DNA of 63,960 nucleotides, filler included, from Psammoneis japonica (GCA_008632985.1; 7 parts of 7 records of this genome joined end to end with filler, not necessarily neighbours in it), one strand, 5' to 3'. Positions 35,801-49,966 are shown, numbered from the whole stretch's first letter. Translations and numbers: made by a program. Notes: generated from the letters alone by a model not told the origin.

Positions 35801-38196
35801 GAGAGGAAGAAAGCAGAACAGCAAGTTGTGCATGAGACTGATGGCACTGCTGCTGCTGCCACTGAGGCACTGCTGCAACTTTTAGTCTCCCACATGCACA
35901 AGAATTGGAGAAGCCATTCAAAACATTGCCACCTCATTGGTTCACATTTGTCAAGCCATGGAATCCAAATCCAACCTGGCGCACGAGGCAGATGAGATTT
36001 GGAAGGAAATGCACAGGGGAGTTGCAAGCAAGACTTTCAATTCCGTGGATGTCATGATGCCAGTGATGCCAAGGGACTCCTTCAGGCATTGACTCTTGAC
36101 AGTGATGGCAACAATGACATGGAGTCATGGTGTGTTGGGGTGCCACAATCTGTGGCAGAGAGATTTGGAGATAACATGAAATGGGTGTGCATGACGTCAT
36201 TGATCAAAACAGAATTGTGCTTGAAATGCATTTCTCTTTTGTTGGTGCTCTGGCACAAAAGGACAACAATGAGCAAAGGAAGCAGTCGTGGCATGCCCCA
36301 GACATGATCTTCTTCCAAACCATCACAACATCCTGCTCAGCATTGTCACTTGGTCTTCAGAGTCAGGGCCTGGCAGCTGCAGTGTGTGACTGTCTTGAGC
36401 TGCTTGTGGCAGTGACTTTACAGCAGCAGCAGTGAGGTCCTAGAGAGCTGGCTCAACAAAAGTGGATGACGAAAGCAGATGTCAGAAGACACACTGCACA
36501 TGCTCACAGAACAGCTTGATCAGGGACCAATGAGCAACTGCCAATCAAAAACAAACTTGCTCAGCAGCAAACAACAGTGTTGAGAGCTTGAAGAAGCAGT
36601 GGAGAATGCTCCAGTTTGGGCGCTGCACCACCAAATGTTCTTTGAGAGACAGAACAAACCAGTGCATGTGCTCTGTGCATCCAGAAAAAAATGTTTCTTG
36701 CTGAGCAAATATGGGCAAGAAGACAAAGGCTGTCTCATGTGCCTCAGGCACATGACACCTCAACTGCTTTTGAACTTTGGTGTTGGTGCATGCGTTGGTT
36801 TCTTGCAGTCCACCCCATCCCTTGGTGGCAAGAATGAAACCATTTGACCCAACAGATGAGTTGGAATGGACACAAAAGCACACCCAACATTGGTGGAGGC
36901 AAAGGATGTGGATTGAACCAAGGGACAAATCAAGGACAAATCAAATTTAACATGAAGCCACATGCGCTCACCTTGCATGCAGACAATGCCGCCCTCATGT
37001 GGACACCAAGACTTGTTTGTGATTGGTGTGCATGCAGATTTCTTGATGGGCAAACTCATGCATTTGGTGACTTGAATGATGCCATCTGACACCAAGACAT
37101 TGCCACAATGAGTGGATTCAAAGCATGAGCATGTCTTGAAACTTGAAATGGCCATGGTGCCAGACCTTTTTGACTTGCTTGCAATGCCAACAGCACTGGA
37201 AATTTGTGTGTTCTTGCCTCTCCTTGCTCATGAAACCAGCCATCAGTGACAAAATCCACACCACTGTGCAAGGATGCAAATGTCAAGAAGAAACAACAGT
37301 GATGAAACAAGCTTGCAAGCCACATGCATCCTCAGAGCATGCTTTGACTGCCAACTCCACTTGACGCTGATTGCAGCATGGCACAGGACTTGCTTTAAGC
37401 CCATGGGAGGATCAGCACTTTTGGCACTGCACATGGTTGTTGTTGTCCTTGGATTGTGGTTGCTGTTTTGCCTTTGATGTCGGCACCTCCACATTGAAAC
37501 AGATGCAATGATCTCTTTTGGAACCTTGAAACACAGCACAGAGAATCTGGTGGTGTGCAGCTTCAAAGAAGGCCTGTCACATCAAACAAAACATGGTGTT
37601 TCCCAAAATTCAGATGACGACATGTCTTTGGCTCATTTGAGGGTAAAGGAACTGGCAGCAGAAGTCCATGGATTCCCATGGGGCCACTCAGAGAACATCA
37701 GCACTTCAGCGATCTCCCTGATGATGTGCAATGGAGTGTTGAAAATCCAGAAAAAAGTTAGCGCTGTTACAAACAGTGATTTTTGGCTGCATGCAGAGAC
37801 TTGCAATGGAGGTGGTCACATGCGTGCACATGTGACAGGAATCACTCGGGTCCTGAGAGTCATCACGCAGAAATTGTGCAGCAGTGGAGCACCAAAAATG
37901 GTCATTGTCAGTTTGTCCATCCATCCACACATGAACATCAACTTCTCAGGAAACAAATTGAAATGCCATCTGACCAACGACATTTTGATTCACAGGTGAA
38001 GGCCAGTGCCATTGATCAGATGGCATTCAAATTCAGTTCCCAAGAAGTTGTTAGCTCTGGTCACTCTCTCACCTCTCACATGACATTGTGTGTGCATTTC
38101 TGCACGATTTTGTGTTTTTCCCATGCAAAATGTCAATTGTGACTTGTGCAACATTTTTGAATGACTCCTGTTGGTGTGCAGAGCAATCAAGGTGGT

Positions 38197-38372
38197 CTTG
38201 CACAAGGCCATGGGTGGTCCTGTGGAGCAGTCAAGTTGGTCACGCGGAGGCCATGGGTGATGGCATGGAGTGATCAAGTTGGTTGCACAGAGCCATGGGT
38301 GGTCATGCGGCGCAATCAAAGGTGGTCGCACAGGAGGCCATGGGTGGTTGTGTGGAGCCATGGGTGGTCATG
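38197..38372. repeat. Degenerate ~40-bp tandem repeat (gccatgggtggtc..ggagcagtcaagttggtc), with a further copy at ~38800
   Basis: ccatgggtg recurs at ~38208, 38252, 38293, 38338, 38358 and 38803. Confidence 0.8.
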
Positions 38373-41189
38373 CTGAGCAATCAAGATGCGTTCTAGCCCT
38401 GTGGGTCTTTTTGTGACATTTGCCCTCAGAATTCTGCGTGCAAGCTCTGCGCAGTTTGCACTCTGGTGGTCAATGCACACGCATTTGTTGTTGACATCAA
38501 ATGAACGACCAAGTTTGTGGCACATGCACCCCTGTTCACACTCAAAGTTTTGGACAATCTGCCTGCCCTGTGCCATTCTTTAGATGTTTGAGAATGGCAC
38601 AGAAGAAAAAATGTCAAAAGTTGTTGAATGGATCATCTCCCAAAAATTGTGCCATCAAATGACACAAAATTTTGCCAAAATCACGTAGAAATGTGTGTGT
38701 GTGACACACAACGTAATTCAAAAAGCCATTGACATCACAGTTCAGCAGTGCAAGGTCCCACCTGAACCTGGAATGTGTCTCAAGGTGGTTGCTGTGTGGA
38801 GGCCATGGGTGGTTGCATGGAGCAGTCAAGTTGGTCAGGGGACCATCGTCTGCAGCATTCTTCATCTCTAATTTTCCTGCATGATTTCTGTGTGACAAAC
38901 AAAATTCTGCTCTGGCACAAAATGGCACATTTCACGTGCCAGTGATTGATTCTTTGTGGCTGCCCACTGCTTGCAACAAACTCATTTCTTGCTCCAAGCA
39001 GAGCAGNNNNNNNNNNNNNNNNNNAATTCTCCCTGCCATGATTTCTGTGTGACAAACAAAATTCTGCTCTGGCACAAAATGGCACATTTCACGTGCCAGT
39101 GATTGATTCTTTGTGGCTGCCCACTGCTTGCAACAAACTCATTTCTTGCTCCAAGCAGAGCAGAGCAAGCATTGACCCTTCAACCACCGGACTTGAGCAA
39201 ATCTCCAGGGGTGAACATTTGCTTGATTACGTCACAAATGCGTTGACAGCAATGTTTTCAGATGTGAGCAATGGACAATTTGCACGATTTTGTTTTGGAG
39301 TGTGCATTCTCCAAAAGCTCGGGGGGGGGGGGGGGGCATTCTTGCAATTTAGAAAGCAGGAGCTAAATCTCAACCTTTGACAATGACATTTGTGGTGAGT
39401 TGCCATCACAACAGAGCAGCAAATGCCGCACCCTTGGAGTGGAGATTTGCTTGTGACAAGCAAATGCACCTGTGGCGTGTTTCATGCAGATCACACATGA
39501 TGTGACATTTTGTGTTGTGTTCATTGCACCATCACATGAATGCATGACATGCCACAATTTGTCAAGTGGAGCAAATCTCCACCCATTGCAGCCAAGCCCC
39601 ACTTTCTCCCCTTTTGAATGACTTCTCAACCTCATTCTCTTCTACAAGCTCCCACTTTCAATCCAACCATGCCTTGCTGCCAACTGCTTTCTTGCCCTGC
39701 ACAAGACCCATCTGACCTCTCCATGCTGTGCCAGTTGGTGCTGGTGCCTTCCTCTGCCACATCTCAGGTGCTCTTGTTGCACACCTCTTGCAGCTGCTTT
39801 CACTGCTGGTCCACTTAGATCTGGCCATTTCAGCATTGGCATTCATTGCAGCTTGGACTTCCTCATCCATGCCATCCATTCCAAAACAGAGTGCTGTCTC
39901 TCCCCAGATGCACCCCCCACCCAAGCTGTGGTTCTTCTTGATCTTGTGAGCAAGCTCAGCAAAGAAGCCTCCCACAACATTTGCCACCATGTCCTCTCCT
40001 CCTCCCTTGACACTGCCCCTCATCTCCTTTTCAGCCTTGCATGTCAAGAGCCCAAAATGTCAGTTGGTGTCATGACCAGCACCAATGCCAGTGGCTCTTC
40101 TTCCTGCAACACAAAGGGTTTGTTCAAAGCTGCTCCCTTGCCCCCACTTTGCCAGCCTCATCCTGGCTTGTGCCCTCATCCCACTTGGCCAAGAACTGCA
40201 GCTCCACCCCCCTCCCCACTCTCAATCTGCTGCCTCCTCCTGCCTTGATGACATTTGCATTTTCCCCCCTCATTCCATCATCACTTGGCACTTCTCTGCG
40301 ATTGTCACCCAATGGCTCTTTCTCTTTCTCAATGGCTTGATTTGCTCTCTGTGTGATGCTGCCCTTGCCACCCCCACTCCCACCCTCTCTGACAATCTGC
40401 CCAACTTCCACACCTCCTCCTGCTGCTCTCACTCTTCCCAACAAGCTGCTGATGTTGATGACCTCAGCACCACACAGGCTTGTCTCACCTCCTCTCTTCC
40501 AGTTGCTTCCCTTGCTCCTGAGCACATCAAGAAACTGTGCCCTCCCCACAAACACCCTCCTCTGCTTCCCAGCACTCATGACACTGCCCCACTGCCCTCC
40601 ACCTCCTCCTTCTCCCATCCAATGCTTGGTCAAAGATCTTCAAAGGCCCTTTCAAAATGTTGCCCAGGCACTGCTGCTGCAACTTTGCCAGTTCTGCCAA
40701 ATCCCTCACGTCTTTTGCACTCCATTGATGCTCTGCACCCATCCCTGCAGCCAGGCCCCAATGTTGGAGCATCCAGCATGAGCAGAAAACAACACAAGAA
40801 ACCCAGAGACAGATCTGTTTCCTGATGTGGTGGATCAGATGACACTTTGAAAGTGAGTGTGCATTTGTGGCCCATCTTGCCAATCTCATTTTGTCTTGCT
40901 CTTTGGGGAAGTGAATCATTTGGTTTCCACAAATTGCATTGTGGTGCAACCAGGCACCCTTTGTGCCATGAGATCAAAGTTGTTGAGAGCTTCCAGGCAA
41001 CAACCGCAGCTGCCATGGCAACCAGAACAAGTGCAACAAGCAAACCTCAGAGGATTCCCTTTTGGCAACATTGTTTTGACAGCATTCAGTCCAAAGAGTC
41101 AACAGCACCACATTCAGTGCATGTGGTGCCAACCTCCATTGCATCATCCAAATTGGGAAACCTGCATCATGAGTTGCAGAGGAGGAGAG

Positions 41190-44100
41190 AAAATGAGTGC
41201 TAAAGGCTGAGGACATGACCAAGGCAGGGGTGGCAGAGGCCAGAAGTCTTGCCATGACAAGAACAAGAAGACTGACCCCAAGAAGAGCTTCAAGCTGGAA
41301 ATGAAGTTTTGTTGGTGATTGATGAACAGCAACTCGTGCAATTTGATGTTGAAGAAATCAAGGAAAAGATCAACTGCACGCAGAAGGAATGTGATCAAGG
41401 TGTGCATCTGGCAGGTCCCTGGAAGACATGGCAAGCATGATGTTCACTGGTGAGAGTCCAACTCTCTGGCCTGGTGATGGCAATGACAGCAGTGTCAGCA
41501 GAGAGTCAGGTGAAGATTGCCAGATTGAGACAAGCAAAAGGGCCAGACAAGAAAGGCAACTGGAATGTGAGCACAAGATCCAGTTGCAAGACTGTGGCAA
41601 GAAAGTGAAAAGCTCAAAGAAAACAAGAGTGCCGCTGCATTTGTGGTGATCCCAGATGGTGACTGTTCCAAGTTGATGAAGCAGAGAGTGCAACCTGACC
41701 CCAGTCATCAGAGGATCAGAGATGACCCAATCAAGCTGGTCAAGCTGATCCAGTCACTTGTGTTCAACTCCACAAGAGGTTGAGTCCCATTTCACACACT
41801 TGCCAATTGCCAACAAGTCCATGATGCCACACTGGAAGTCAAACAGCTGGAGGACAAGTCACTGAATGACTGCCTGTCAAGATTAAAAATCAACAAGATG
41901 CCAAAAGCAATGGTCTTGGCAGCAAGATGTTGGGTGGATTTGTCAAGAATGCCAAGGAGTGCAAGGAAGGACTGCACTGCAACAGCAAATGAGAAAGCAT
42001 TGGACTTCACCTTGCAAGTCATGATGCAGAAACATGCATTGTGCCTCATTTCCATGCATTGGTGCTGTTTTTCTTGCACAAGTGCAGTGTGAGATTTTGA
42101 GTTGAATGCAGTTTGGGATCTCACAACTTTGGCTCATGGGTGTGCATGGGGCATGCCAAGTGTGCTGTCATCACTGTTGCCACAATTCTGCCTGGGTTTC
42201 TCTGCCACACCTTTTGCATGTTTTTCTGTGCAAGCTCTGGTGGCACAGATGTCACCCTTCTCTGACAATGTGACAATGAGTGGGTGCCACAGATTTGTGA
42301 TGTTAATCTTGGCCAGCTGCCACGCATCCCTGCCACATTGTGTTGGTGTGCTGCGGGTGTGGGTTGGGTTGTTGCCAGAGTTGCAGGGTGGAAACACAGC
42401 AGCATTGTGCAAAAGCATGTGGCTTTGGTGCTGAGTTCAATTTTTGCACCATGTGAAAACTGAACTTCACAACACACACCTTTGCCCAATGAGAACAAGA
42501 AGACTGGCCCCAAGAAAAGCTTCAAACTGGAAATGAAGTTTTGCCCATCATTGATGTGACATTTGAAGATGTCAAGGAAAAGAACAACCATGCACAGAAG
42601 GAGTGTGATCAAGGCATGCATCTGAAAAGGTCTCTAGAAGACATGGCATGTGTGACCTTTTTTGGTAAAAAGCCTGCACTGGCAATGACAATGACAGCAG
42701 CATGCCAAAGGATGATGACAAAGATTGCCAGAAGACAGTGAACAAGAGAGCTCAAGAGGAGACACAGCTCAAATGTGAGGCAACATCAAGTTGCGTGACT
42801 GCAATGAGAAAGTCAAGAAGCTCAAAGAAAACAAGAGCACAAAATTTGCAGCAATCCTGGATGGTTGCTGTTCCAAGCCAATGAAGCAAAGAGTGCGAGC
42901 TGATCCCTCACATGTGAAGATCAGAGATGACCCAATCAAGCTGCTGAAGCTAATCCAGTCCCCCTCATGCTCAACTCCATGGAAGTCAACTGCCTTTCCA
43001 CACTTGCCAAGTCACTGAAGCACATGCTGGAAGTGATGCAATTGGAGGATGAGTCACTGAACAACTGCCTGTCAAGATTTGAGAATCAAAGAGAGGCTGC
43101 AAGCAAAAGTCTTGGCAGTGAGATGCCAGATGTGTTTGTCAAGAACACCAAGCATTGCAAGGACTGCACTGGCACAGTGGATGAGAATGCATTGAAGGAC
43201 ACTGCATTTGAGACATGGACCACATGCCTGTTCTTGGAGAACAGTGATGACTGCTGCCACAAGAGCATCAAGAAGAGCCTTGTGAGAGACTGCAGCCTGG
43301 GAAGGGATTTGCACCCAAAGACCCCAGGGAAGGCAATGGATGTGCCACTGAACCATCCAAAAGACAATGATCTGCACACAAGGGACAGGAGCAAGAAGAA
43401 CAATGAACACCCAAATGACAAATTAGAGGACACGGGCAATGACAAGACCAAGAACCTGCAAGACAAGAATCATGCACAGAGTGACAAAGTGACATGAGGA
43501 TGAGATCCTGGCAGAAGGACTTGCGCAACAAGCCCAGCAGGAAACCAGATGCTGGAGGACTGAGTCATGCACAGAGAAACAAAACAATTGGTCAACAAGC
43601 AGCAACAATGCCAGCATTGATGCCTGCAGGTCAAGCCCATCTGCAAGCTCCAGCAGGAGAGACATTGCATGGCATGGGATCCAGTTAGATGAACAGGCCA
43701 AAGAAGGGCCAGAAACAAGTTTGAACCAAGAAGCTGATGTTGGCATCAAGTCAGATCAGATCATTCTCAATCTGCCCTTGACATGGCAGCAAGCCAGAAA
43801 CTGGTGCACAATGTGCAACCGGCAAGGATCAAGATTGATCTTTCCACTGACACCAAGACTGCACCATGCCAGGATGGGGTGACATGAAGCTTGGGCCACA
43901 GAATGCAGCAGTCAACATCCTCAGTCTCAAGGATGTGAAGAGCAAGCACTGCATGGTGCATGACAACCGAGTGGTGTGCATGAGTTCCATGTCACTGTGT
44001 TCAAAGTCAATGATTGGGCTGCATGCCTCAACACCAAGTCAGCAATTCTTTGACCATGCAGAAGATGCATCTCCAAGAAGATGAGTTGCATGTGAGCATG

Positions 44101-46190
44101 TTGTCAAAGGACAAGAAGGCTGCAAAGAAGATCAGCACAAAGCACAGGAGTGCATTGGGAACTGTTGTTCCAACTGTAAAACAGAGTGTGAATGGCTGCA
44201 CCAAACAAGAGGTGGCAAACACCAAGGAACATTGAAACTCTGATGCAAGGCTGGAACACCCCACAAAGGCAATTTCAAGCCTTTCATGCCATCCCATCAG
44301 GTGAAAACCCATCCATTCTGCCTGAGGATGTGGGTAGAATGGCGGCCATGTGGGGTCCACCAACAGATGCACTCAAAGGCAAGACCAAGCTTGCACACCA
44401 TTTTCACGAGAGAAATGACATCATTGTCACACCACCTGAGATTGCAAGAGGCAGAGAGATGGGTGAACCTCTGCATTGATGTCATGAAGTGTGTGGTGTG
44501 TCGACACTGTGTGCAGTTGACAAGATGATGAAGTGCCAATCAAGTGAGTGAAGTCCAAAAAGCATGATCACATTTACAAAGCCTTGGATGTGATTCTCGG
44601 ACAGCACAACATGGCCCCATTCAAGACAGATTTTGTCAAGTGTGATCCTGAGCTCAAAGACATGCTAGGGAAGTTGCAGATGGTGTGAATCTAGAGCTTG
44701 TCTCTGGCACCAATGCCAAGGACCACATTCCTGAAGTTGAGCAAAGCACTCTGATCATCGGGGAGCAAATCCAAGCCATCATGCATCACCACCACACAAG
44801 TTGATGTGCAAGCAAGCCATGATCAAGAACACTGTCATGTCAAATGTGTGCATGCAAAAGGAAGGGATTTCTGACACTTGCAGTCCTCTCACTGCTGTGC
44901 AATGAAGAAACCCTTGACTTGTGCAACAAACACTTTCAGCTCAGATTTGGGGAACTTGTTGTTTCCAACATCAAGAATGACAAGATGATCACTGTGGAAG
45001 CACATGGTGTTGACAGTGTCTGCCTGCAATCACATTTTGATTTGCCCAAGGGCGTCACCATGCTGTGAACCTGCACAGGATGGGCAAGTCATTGAATTCC
45101 CACAAGTGCACCTCTGTTCCCTTGGCCAACATGCACATTGCAGCTGTCAAGGAGATGGCCATGGGACAAGGCATCAAGGAATTCAAGTTCACAGGGGAAA
45201 TGCAAAGACAATCCACGTGATGTTGATTGGACTGCAGGATGAGTGGACAACTGAAAACAAAAGCAACAGCAATGATGAAAGTGACAATGAAACAAAATCC
45301 CAGAAAGAGAAAACATGCAAACTGCATGACTGAGTCAGAAGCTAAAGATTGCAAAGCTAAGATGACCTGACTCAGATGATTAATGCAAAGAAGCAAATGA
45401 GACATTGGCCAATGAAAGGTCCAGTCCCAGCCAACAGCACAAAGCTCATGAGGAGCAAGAAGTTGAAGCAAGCAAAAACTGCAACAATGAAAGTCCAAAG
45501 AGGTGATGATTCTCTGGATGATGACAGATGGGAAGGACAATGATTGGAGGAAAAAGCAAGAACCACGCCTGGTCAAACCCTGAGAAGCAGTGCAAGCTTG
45601 AGTGCAGCCATCATTTGCATGCCAACATGAGTCCTGATTCAAAGGACAACATCAAATGTGCAAAGCAGAGATGGCAATTGCACTTGCACACTTCATGTGT
45701 GAGGTCGATGACCAACTCTGAAGTGGAGAGGGTGCATGCTCAGCCAGCAACATTTGCTCCATGAAGGCCTCAAAGCATTGGCCTTTGCCCAGAAGAGGCA
45801 TGATGCCTCAGAGAAAGAGACAACCAAGTGTGCTTTGGTGACTCCAACTTCCAACTGAAAGGACCAGCCAAGGCCATGCCAGCCTTGATGTTCCTCGCCA
45901 AGAAACGAGATGGTTGCATGAAAGGACAAATTGTCTGCAATGGCAAACCAACCCAAGAGTGGCCAGATGAAGATGAGTCAGCCAGCCCCACTGCATCCCT
46001 TGAGGGGAGGACATTGATGATGGAATCATTGATGCCCATGAAGGACATGATGAAATGAGTGCTGCATTCCAAATGCATTTGCGCACAGATTGTGATGGTG
46101 CCGGAGCCTGGAGAAGGTGAGGACCACATCAGAGGCTGCAACACAGTGGTGTTTACTTCCTTTTGTCTGATTTGTGACAATTGATGCAAT
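41190..46190 (+). mobile_element. Degenerate diatom-type copia element: two gag copies (~41190-42000 and ~42490-43500), then protease/integrase/RT remnants, truncated in RT
   Basis: NILSLKDVK, EDV..MWGP..ALKGKT, LCIDVM, LMFLAKKRDGCMKGQIVCNGKPTQEW..SASPTASLE (cf. ..KRDG.IKGR.VYNGKPTREW..SPT). Confidence 0.8.
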
Positions 46191-48625
46191 GCAAGTTTCT
46201 CTTTCCTTTTTTTTTACTCTTGCATGCAAGTGTGTTCATGCAGTGTTCAATTCACACATTTTGCATGGATCTTTTTGCTTTTTTTTTGGCTTAATTTTGT
46301 CAATTGATCCAAATGCATCTAGTTTTTGATTTCAGTGCATCACATTTTGACAGCATTGTTGCACTTGTTTTGATGCATTGTCTTTGACAGTGGTTTTCAA
46401 TGGCTCCTCCCCACACATGCACCACCACAGTGGCTGGCATCCCCTCTGCACCCAAGTCACCCCCCTGCGCACTTGCCTCATTGTTTGATCCAGCACTTTC
46501 CAGAATTTCAGTGCATGGCTCTCTACCTTGTTTTTAGTGCATGTTCTACATGCACAATGTTCTGCCTGTTTCATGACAGTCCATGTCCTTTCCCCAAAAT
46601 GCATTCGACCAGAGCATGTGCTGTCATGATTCACGCACTTTCTACATGAATCAACAACTGACTTTTGGCTGTGGTGGTCAACGACTTTACCCCGTCCCAC
46701 GATGAGGTCACCCACCCTTCCTTCCAATTTCCTGATGAGTGTGATTTTGATGAAATGGAACATTTTGCCAATGGTTTTGGAATGGAGTTGTTTGGACCCA
46801 AGCTCAAAAGCATGATTTCAACGCTTGCATCCAAAAACCAGTTTTTGGAGACAACAAATTGGTCCCCCTCTCCAGAGTTCCTCACTCTTCCCTTCCCTTT
46901 GTCACAAGCTAAAGTTGTGTCACATTCCACATGTCGCAGAAGTTGTCCGCACCAACAGTGTTGTCAGGAAAACTCTTGGATGCCCTGACATTTGGTCCCA
47001 CATCATGACCATGGTTGGTCCATGAAGAAATCCAGCACACTGAAAGGTGAGTGTGTTTTTCAATGTCAAAATTTGGAGGAAGCTCTCTCCATTTCTCTAA
47101 AATGCCCGGAGAGACAGAACAAGAAGAGGAGCACCTTGTTTTGCTTTGCCGCAACATCAAGGCAATGGCAGAATTTGTGCACATGGTCGATGGGGACAAC
47201 CCAATGATCCTGTCTCTGGTGAGCCTTGTTTCCATTTTTCATGGTCAAAAATCTCCAAGCATTGATCAACAACCAAGCCCACAACCTTCACGGTGCATGC
47301 TTTGTCACTGACATCATTGTGCACTGCATCCAGTGCAAACCCAAGGACATGGGCTGTTGGTTCATGCAGATTTTTCACCATGTCAACACCCAAAAGGAAT
47401 GGCTCATGTTTGTCAATGGCTTTCTGGTCATGTGCAATTCCAACGATCCAGGTTCCCAGGAGGATGAGATCAAGGGGTTCCTGGAGACAAAATCAGTGAC
47501 ATTGAGAACTCTGTGATGACAGCCAGTGATTCCCTTGCAAGTTGGGAGGCATGCAAAGAAAAAATCAATTCCATGTTGAATCATGAATTTGGGAAGCACT
47601 GTCCTGAGGAGCAACCTGGCACATGACCTGGGTGCAGCAAGCAGCAAAATGCTTTGTTGCAGAATGTGTGATCAGAGGGCTGACTGCCCAGAAGATGACA
47701 ACAAATGAGAGTGCAAATCCCAAATTCAAAATGAGGAGGATCCGCAAAGATGGCACCTGTTTGAATGATGGCAAGCACCCCCCTCCCCCCCCTTTGCCTT
47801 CATTGCCTGCCTGCATCTGTTGTCTCATGGATCCTTTCCCCCCTGATTGTACATGCCCCACCAGAGCCTTCCTTGACCATCCCCAACAAGAAGGCCAAGA
47901 CTGCCATCACACTCAAACCAAGTCCCTCCTTTGTCGTCCAGTGATGTGCCATTGTCCAGGGAGGTGCACCGCACTCTCACAACGGACCTTCTGACATTGT
48001 CAGAAATCATGGATCCAGGAAAACCTTCTTCCCCCCCCAATGTCCTCCCTCCAAATGGCATTTTTCTTGGTTGGGTGTTTCTGCAAATCACTTGGTTGTT
48101 TTGTCTCCTCCCCCTGACACCAGGACATGTTGTGGCTGGACAAGTCTGCCATTTGCCAGCACTTTGACCTGTCCAAGTGTTGATCTGTTGCCTCAGGGGA
48201 AGTTGTCACCCATCTGTCATGCCTGCACATCATCGACAAGGCCACCAACACTGAGTGTGTGCTGCATCATTCCACCACTGACTTTCACCCAGCAGACAAT
48301 TTGCAAGAAAACTGGCACATGTTCTCCAACAAAACTCCCTTGAGCAATCCCACCACCACCTCTTCAATTCTGGAGATGCTGCACAACTAGAGCCAGTCAA
48401 CCTGGAAGAACAGCTGCTCATGCACCAATGGATGTCATCAGAGACCAGGACCAAAGAGCATGGTTGGAATGGAATGGAGCACAAACTGTGTGAGAATGCT
48501 GAGACAATTGCTGCACCCACACATTCGACCATGCATTCCGTGGTCCCTGTTCTGGACAAAACCTGTTCACCTTCTCTCCCTCTGGTCAGCATCTGTGCAA
48601 GGGATGTGGATTCACAGAGCATCAA

Positions 48626-49866
48626 ATGGTGGAGTGCATTGACACCAACCCAAACATGTGCAAGGAATGCACCAGCCAAGTTGCCATGTCAGACATGTCT
48701 GACTTGGTTCCCAGTGGACTTGTTGCTGACAATGAATCTCACTTGTTGGAGAAATCCCACAGTGACAATGACATTGGCAAATCATTGGTTCCCAATGGAC
48801 TTGTTGCTGACAATAATTCAAACTCATTGTCTGGGGAATCTGACAACAATGATGACAGTGATGAATCCTTGGTGAATGATGGGCTTGTGGCAGACAATGA
48901 ACTAAACTCATTGTTGGAGGAATCCTCCATCAACAAATCTGCCATTGACAAAGTTGTTGATGGGTTCAAAGAATCTGAGTGCTGCCTGCCCATTGTTGCA
49001 GGTGAATCAGCAGTCATCCCATCACTGGAACAAAATTTGGATGATGAGGAAATGTGCAATGATCCCATGGACAATCAAGCAAAACCACCAGACCTTTCAA
49101 AAGTGCAAAATTTGGATGTGGAGGCATGCGTGGACACAACCATGTTGCAAGTCTCACATTCGCGCATTGACTCATTCCATTTTCTGATTGTGTCATTTGA
49201 CTCATGTCATGATTCTGGAACCATCTAATGCAAAACTTTTGTGTCACTTTTTTCATCCTCACAAGCAATGATGGAGGTGCAAAAATCCTGTGGCTGTGCA
49301 CGACAAGGCCTGTCAATGCGGGAGAGCTGTCCTTGGATGAGCTTTGTTCAGACTGTGGTTTGAAGGCTGTGCAAGTTGTGAAGGACCTTTGCACCAACGC
49401 CTCTGTTGAGGCATGCATCCTCTCTCTGCAGGACAGAAGTGCCACACACCACCCAAATTGCAACATTCATGCCAAGGATTTTGTTGATCATGTGAAGTTG
49501 CAATTTGGTGGTGAGATTGATTTTAAGAAGAGTGGATTTGTTCAAATTTGCATGGACTGCTGCTGGATGCAATGAGGGGAGTGGCAGCAAATGTCATTTG
49601 GAGAATGCTTTTTCCACAAAAACCTCAAAGAGATGATGAAATCTTTGTTGCATCCAAAGCTTGAAAGGTGCCACATCACAGTCCCATGCAACCTGTGGTC
49701 CCTTGCCCAAGCTGTGCGCAGCTGGAGCACACAGAAGAATGTGTGCTGGTGCTTGGTGTGACCGAGGAGATGGCATGTAACAAAGTGACAATTTACCAGG
49801 CATCCCTTGAAATGGAGAGCAGGACAGGGGTGATTGGCTTGGAAAACCATCCAATCAGGAAGCCCT
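48626..49866 (+). pseudogene. Degenerate ORF with three ~82-bp GLVADNE repeats, followed by a possibly Mutator-like transposase remnant
   Basis: Repeats at ~48706, 48787 and 48871. HAKDFVDHVKLQFGGEIDFKK loosely resembles the MuDR pre-catalytic region. Confidence 0.3.
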
Positions 49867-49966
49867 NNNNNNNNNNNNNNNNNNNNNNNNNNNNNNNNNN
49901 NNNNNNNNNNTTAATTAATTAANNNNNNNNNNNNNNNNNNNNNNNNNNNNNNNNNNNNNNNNNNNN

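Larger units (their letters stand above)
33180..49866. mobile_element. 16.7-kb block of nested, heavily degenerate transposons depleted of both TpA and CpG
   Basis: No TA seen in 39820-41200. ORFs in all six frames essentially lack Tyr and are rich in Cys/His. A recognisable copia relic lies inside. Confidence 0.85.

Noticed and set aside
38197..38372. Regularly spaced short repeats resembling a CRISPR array
   Set aside because: The whole unit is degenerate with no unique spacers, there are no cas genes, and the context is eukaryotic.
38876..39163. ~130-bp direct duplication flanking an 18-N gap
   Set aside because: Near-identical copies on each side of a scaffold gap are a typical unmerged overlap.
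33180..49866. Explaining the composition by classical RIP or 5mC deamination alone
   Set aside because: RIP would increase TA. CpG decay cannot remove TA or turn Tyr into His/Cys, and TA loss occurs where CpG is intact.
33149..49922. Dense overlapping Cys/His-rich ORFs in all six frames
   Set aside because: By-product of TA loss removing TAA/TAG stops and Tyr codons; not genes or metal-binding proteins.
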